Made by a program: the position numbers and the translations under genes. The notes beneath the pieces were generated by a model. The model searched no databases. It saw only the letters and a program-made list of their open reading frames with translations, and had not been told where the DNA came from. 16,675 bases of DNA from Deltaproteobacteria bacterium. GTDB lineage: Bacteria > Desulfobacterota > DSM-4660 > Desulfatiglandales > Desulfatiglandaceae. The DNA lies in NCBI GenBank assembly GCA_022340265.1, contig JAJDOH010000207.1:1-16675 (forward strand), in the 5' to 3' direction. This document shows, one piece after another, positions 14,575 through 16,675 of this stretch (its first letter is position 1; each line of letters opens with the position of its first letter).

Positions 14575-14614
14575 GGGTGCAGGGGGCAGAATAAAACCTG
14601 CAACCGGATTTTCC
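14575..14614 (+). terminator. Weak candidate intrinsic terminator of the hydroxylase operon (uses the right copy of the duplicated target)
   Basis: GGGTGCAGG (14575-14583) pairs with CCTGCAACC (14597-14605) with one mismatch. The loop is 13 nt and is followed by GGATTTTCC. The large loop and short T-run make this weak. Confidence 0.3.
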
Positions 14615-14664
14615 GCACCCTGACACCTATCCAGCCAACGACAGCCAATAGAACAGGTCCAAAA

Positions 14665-15414
14665 ATGACGCCATCATTGTCGCCTGAAGAAGCCCTCAGG
14701 TACCACCGACAGATGATCCTGCCCCAGATCGGTGATGAAGGTCAGAAGATCCTTCAACGTTCGCGGGTCTTTCTGGCCGGCCTGGGGGGACTGGGATCCA
14801 TTTCCGCTTATTATCTGGCAGCGGCAGGGATCGGGCAGCTGCGGGCAGTGGACAGGGATCGGGTGGATTTGGGAAACCTCAACCGGCAGTTGCTCCATTT
14901 TACTGAAGACATCGGAAAAGAGAAGACCGAATCCGCGAAAACAAAACTTGAAAACCTCAACCCCCACTGCCGGGTTGAGGCCGTCTGTGAGACGATCCAT
15001 GGCCACAACGGAGATACGCTGGTAGGTGATGCACATCTCATAGTGGATGGTACCGACAATTTGAAAACACGAAAGATTCTCAATCGGGTTTCGATCAAAA
15101 AAGGCATTCCCTTTATTTTTGGTGGCGTGGACGGTCTGACGGGTATGACCACGACCTTTATTCCTGGCAAAACACCTTGTTTTGAATGCCTTTTTCCGGA
15201 AGGAACCCTCGATAAGGGGCCTCCGGGTGTGTTGGGTCCTCTGCCGGGAATGATCGGTGCGCTCCAAGCGCTTTCGGCCATTAACTTTCTGCTGGGTATA
15301 AAAAGTGGTTTACTCGCCGGTCGAATGCTATATATCGATGGTGCGACCATGAATTTCAGGACGATCCAGATGGGAAAAAACGACCGATGCCGTGTGTGCG
15401 GAGCCGATTACTGA
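14665..15414 (+). CDS. ThiF/MoeB/HesA-family E1-like adenylyltransferase
   Basis: I prefer the ATG at 14665, giving 249 aa. The track's start at 14539 would read through the MITE. The sequence shows LSPEEALRYHRQMILPQIGDEGQKILQRSRVFLAGLGGLGS (nucleotide-binding GxGxxG) and two CxxC Zn motifs (CFEC, CRVC). There is no rhodanese domain. Confidence 0.9.
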   Translation: MTPSLSPEEALRYHRQMILPQIGDEGQKILQRSRVFLAGLGGLGSISAYYLAAAGIGQLRAVDRDRVDLGNLNRQLLHFTEDIGKEKTESAKTKLENLNPHCRVEAVCETIHGHNGDTLVGDAHLIVDGTDNLKTRKILNRVSIKKGIPFIFGGVDGLTGMTTTFIPGKTPCFECLFPEGTLDKGPPGVLGPLPGMIGALQALSAINFLLGIKSGLLAGRMLYIDGATMNFRTIQMGKNDRCRVCGADY

Positions 15415-15428
15415 AAGGAGGTTTTCTC

Positions 15429-15650
15429 ATGAATAATGACGCTGAAACGATCGAAATAACCATTAATGGTTTTAAGGAAAAAGCGACAAAGGGATCCTCC
15501 ATTACGGAATTGATTCTGAAATATGATGAAATGGAGTCTGCCATGATGGTGGAAAGAAACGGAAAGTTCGTTTATCCCCAGGATTATGATGGGACCTTCC
15601 CTGACGCCGGGGATGTCCTTGAATTCATCCATCCGGATTTTGGTGGTTAA
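15429..15650 (+). CDS. ThiS/MoaD-like ubiquitin-fold sulfur-carrier protein ending in Gly-Gly
   Basis: I prefer the ATG at 15429 with AGGAGG at 15416-15421. The 73-aa product is MNNDAETIEITINGFKEK...GDVLEFIHPDFGG. The beta-grasp-like pattern and C-terminal GG immediately before the stop fit the family, and it sits directly downstream of the E1-like gene. Confidence 0.8.
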   Translation: MNNDAETIEITINGFKEKATKGSSITELILKYDEMESAMMVERNGKFVYPQDYDGTFPDAGDVLEFIHPDFGG

Positions 15651-15762
15651 GCCCACCCAACAATTTTTACTAGTCAAAAAACGCCGCTTCTTTTCACTTT
15701 ATCTTCTTTTCTAAAAAACGCATCTGTGTTACCGTTGACGAAGGTTCTTGATTTTTCTTGAG

Positions 15763-15790
15763 TTGAAACCGAATATGCTTTCGATATATT
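15763..15790 (+). promoter_or_regulatory. Possible sigma-70 promoter for the response regulator (TTGAAA-N16-TATATT)
   Basis: -35 TTGAAA at 15763-15768 and -10 TATATT at 15785-15790, about 88 nt upstream of the GTG start. Confidence 0.3.
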
Positions 15791-15877
15791 CAAAAGCGTC
15801 AAACGGCGTGTCAAATTCTGATGAATCCCGTAAATTTTATCCCTGGGCGTTAAAGCTGATGTCAGTGAGGTGTTGAC

Positions 15878-16675
15878 GTGACCGAACGGGTTGCTTTTGT
15901 GGATGACGAAGAGATCATTCTGGGAACCTTGACCCGGATTTTTGAGGATGAACCTTTTGAGGTCTTTACATTTGACAAACCTTCGGAAGCGATCAAAGCC
16001 ATGGAGCGGGACCCGTTTTGTGTGGTGGTTTCAGACCAGATGATGCCGGAAATGGATGGCACAATGTTTCTTGCGCAAGTACGTGAAAGATGGCCCGATA
16101 CCGTCCGCATTTTGATGACGGGATATGCGGAGACGGATACGGTCATCAAGGCTATCAATCAGGGGAGTGTTTTTCGTTTTGTCAGCAAACCATGGGAAAC
16201 CCTTGAACTGAAAAAGATTGTAAACGATGCCATCGAACAGTATCGCCTTGTCAGTGAGCATCGGACGTTGGTAAGCCTGACAAAGAAACAGAACCGCGAA
16301 CTGCTTGAGCTGAACCAGGGTCTGGAAAAAAGGGTTCAGGAACGAACAAGACAGCTGCGGACCAACGAGGAAGAACTTAAGACAACCCTGTCGCAACTGC
16401 GCAAAACCCTTGAAGCAACGGTTCAGGCACTGGCGTTGACTGCAGAGGCGCGAGACCCATACACGGCGGGTCATCAACGCCGGGTTGCCGGTCTGTCGCA
16501 GGCCATTGCACAGAAAATGGGTCTTAGCCAAAACCGGGTGGATGGTGTTAGAATGGCGGCATCCATACACGATCTTGGGAAAATCTATGTACCGTCGGAA
16601 ATCCTGAACAAGCCTGGAAAAATTCGTCCAAATGAATTCGAACTGGTCAAATCCCATGCACAAGTGGGATATGAT
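15878..16675 (+). CDS. Response regulator: REC domain + coiled-coil linker + HD-GYP (RpfG-like) phosphodiesterase domain; 3' end runs off the window
   Basis: Absent from the ORF track because it is open at the window edge. GTG at 15878 follows GAGG at 15867-15870 and an in-frame TGA at 15866-15868. REC residues are present: FVDDEE, VVVSDQMMPEMDG (phospho-Asp), SKPW (Lys). The HD-domain start reads ARDPYTAGHQRRVAGL...IHDLGKI. There is no stop through 16675. Confidence 0.88.
   Translation, partial: MTERVAFVDDEEIILGTLTRIFEDEPFEVFTFDKPSEAIKAMERDPFCVVVSDQMMPEMDGTMFLAQVRERWPDTVRILMTGYAETDTVIKAINQGSVFRFVSKPWETLELKKIVNDAIEQYRLVSEHRTLVSLTKKQNRELLELNQGLEKRVQERTRQLRTNEEELKTTLSQLRKTLEATVQALALTAEARDPYTAGHQRRVAGLSQAIAQKMGLSQNRVDGVRMAASIHDLGKIYVPSEILNKPGKIRPNEFELVKSHAQVGYD

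Noticed and set aside
14457-14664. ORF 14457-14648 (minus) and the 42-codon 5' extension of the E1-like ORF (14539-14664)
   Set aside because: Both are read out of the MITE-like repeat and its flank. Peptides such as ..PAKAGVQ.. and ..RRNDA.. are repeat translations. The E1 homology only begins at the Met at 14665.
15387-15428. 14-codon upstream extension of the ThiS-like ORF overlapping the E1-like gene end
   Set aside because: The ATG at 15429 has a perfect AGGAGG RBS and gives a canonical beta-grasp carrier of about 73 aa. The extension would overlap the E1-like gene and adds MPCVRSRLLKGGFL, which has no family resemblance.
15651-15877. Looked for an intrinsic terminator or small RNA after the ThiS-like gene
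   Set aside because: There is no convincing GC-rich hairpin plus U-run. I found only short direct repeats (TCTTGA, GTCAAA) and a weak sigma-70-like promoter, which is insufficient for an RNA gene call.
16031-16663. 210-aa minus-strand ORF at the right end
   Set aside because: It is antisense to the REC/HD-GYP response regulator, whose frame is open from 15878 to the window end and carries clear domain motifs.
1-16675. Scan for CRISPR arrays, tRNA/rRNA, transposases, integrases, toxin-antitoxin pairs, restriction-modification or other defence systems
   Set aside because: There are no regularly spaced direct repeats and no cloverleaf-like or rRNA-like segments. Every long ORF is accounted for by metabolic, regulatory or cell-wall functions. 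The only mobile-DNA signature is the non-autonomous 157-bp element.

Overview
This 16,675-bp window reads like chromosome from an anaerobic, Desulfobacterota/deltaproteobacterium-like organism. That taxonomy is inferred from gene content, roughly 50% GC by eye and a characteristic GC-rich palindromic repeat, and I cannot verify it. Fourteen protein-coding genes are supportable. Two are cut by the window edges and missing from the supplied ORF track: a thiolase (1-736, minus) and a REC/HD-GYP response regulator (15878-16675, plus). The minus-strand block 1-4130 runs LysR regulator -> MltG -> family III CoA-transferase -> thiolase, with the lysR stop and mltG start sharing ATGA. A 446-bp regulatory gap follows, carrying a LysR-type dyad, phased T-tracts and a sigma-54-like -24/-12 box. 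It leads into a plus-strand operon (4577-9553): UbiD-family prFMN decarboxylase, AMP-forming acyl-CoA ligase, Tm-1-like (UPF0261) ATP-binding protein and UbiX. A convergent IclR regulator (9534-10319) is divergent from a second plus-strand operon (10604-14391). That operon encodes the FAD, 2Fe-2S and Mo-pterin subunits of a xanthine-dehydrogenase-family hydroxylase, behind a near-consensus sigma-70 promoter with a palindromic operator. Downstream lie a 157-bp MITE-like insertion (17-bp terminal inverted repeats, 10-bp target-site duplication), an orphan ThiF/MoeB-type E1 with a Gly-Gly-terminated ThiS/MoaD-like carrier, and the response regulator. I see no rRNA, tRNA, CRISPR array, transposase, integrase or recognisable defence genes. 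The most interesting content is the juxtaposed UbiD/UbiX-ligase-Tm-1 operon and Mo-hydroxylase operon. Together they look like an uncharacterised O2-independent catabolic module for an aromatic or heteroaromatic carboxylate, but the substrate cannot be called from sequence alone.
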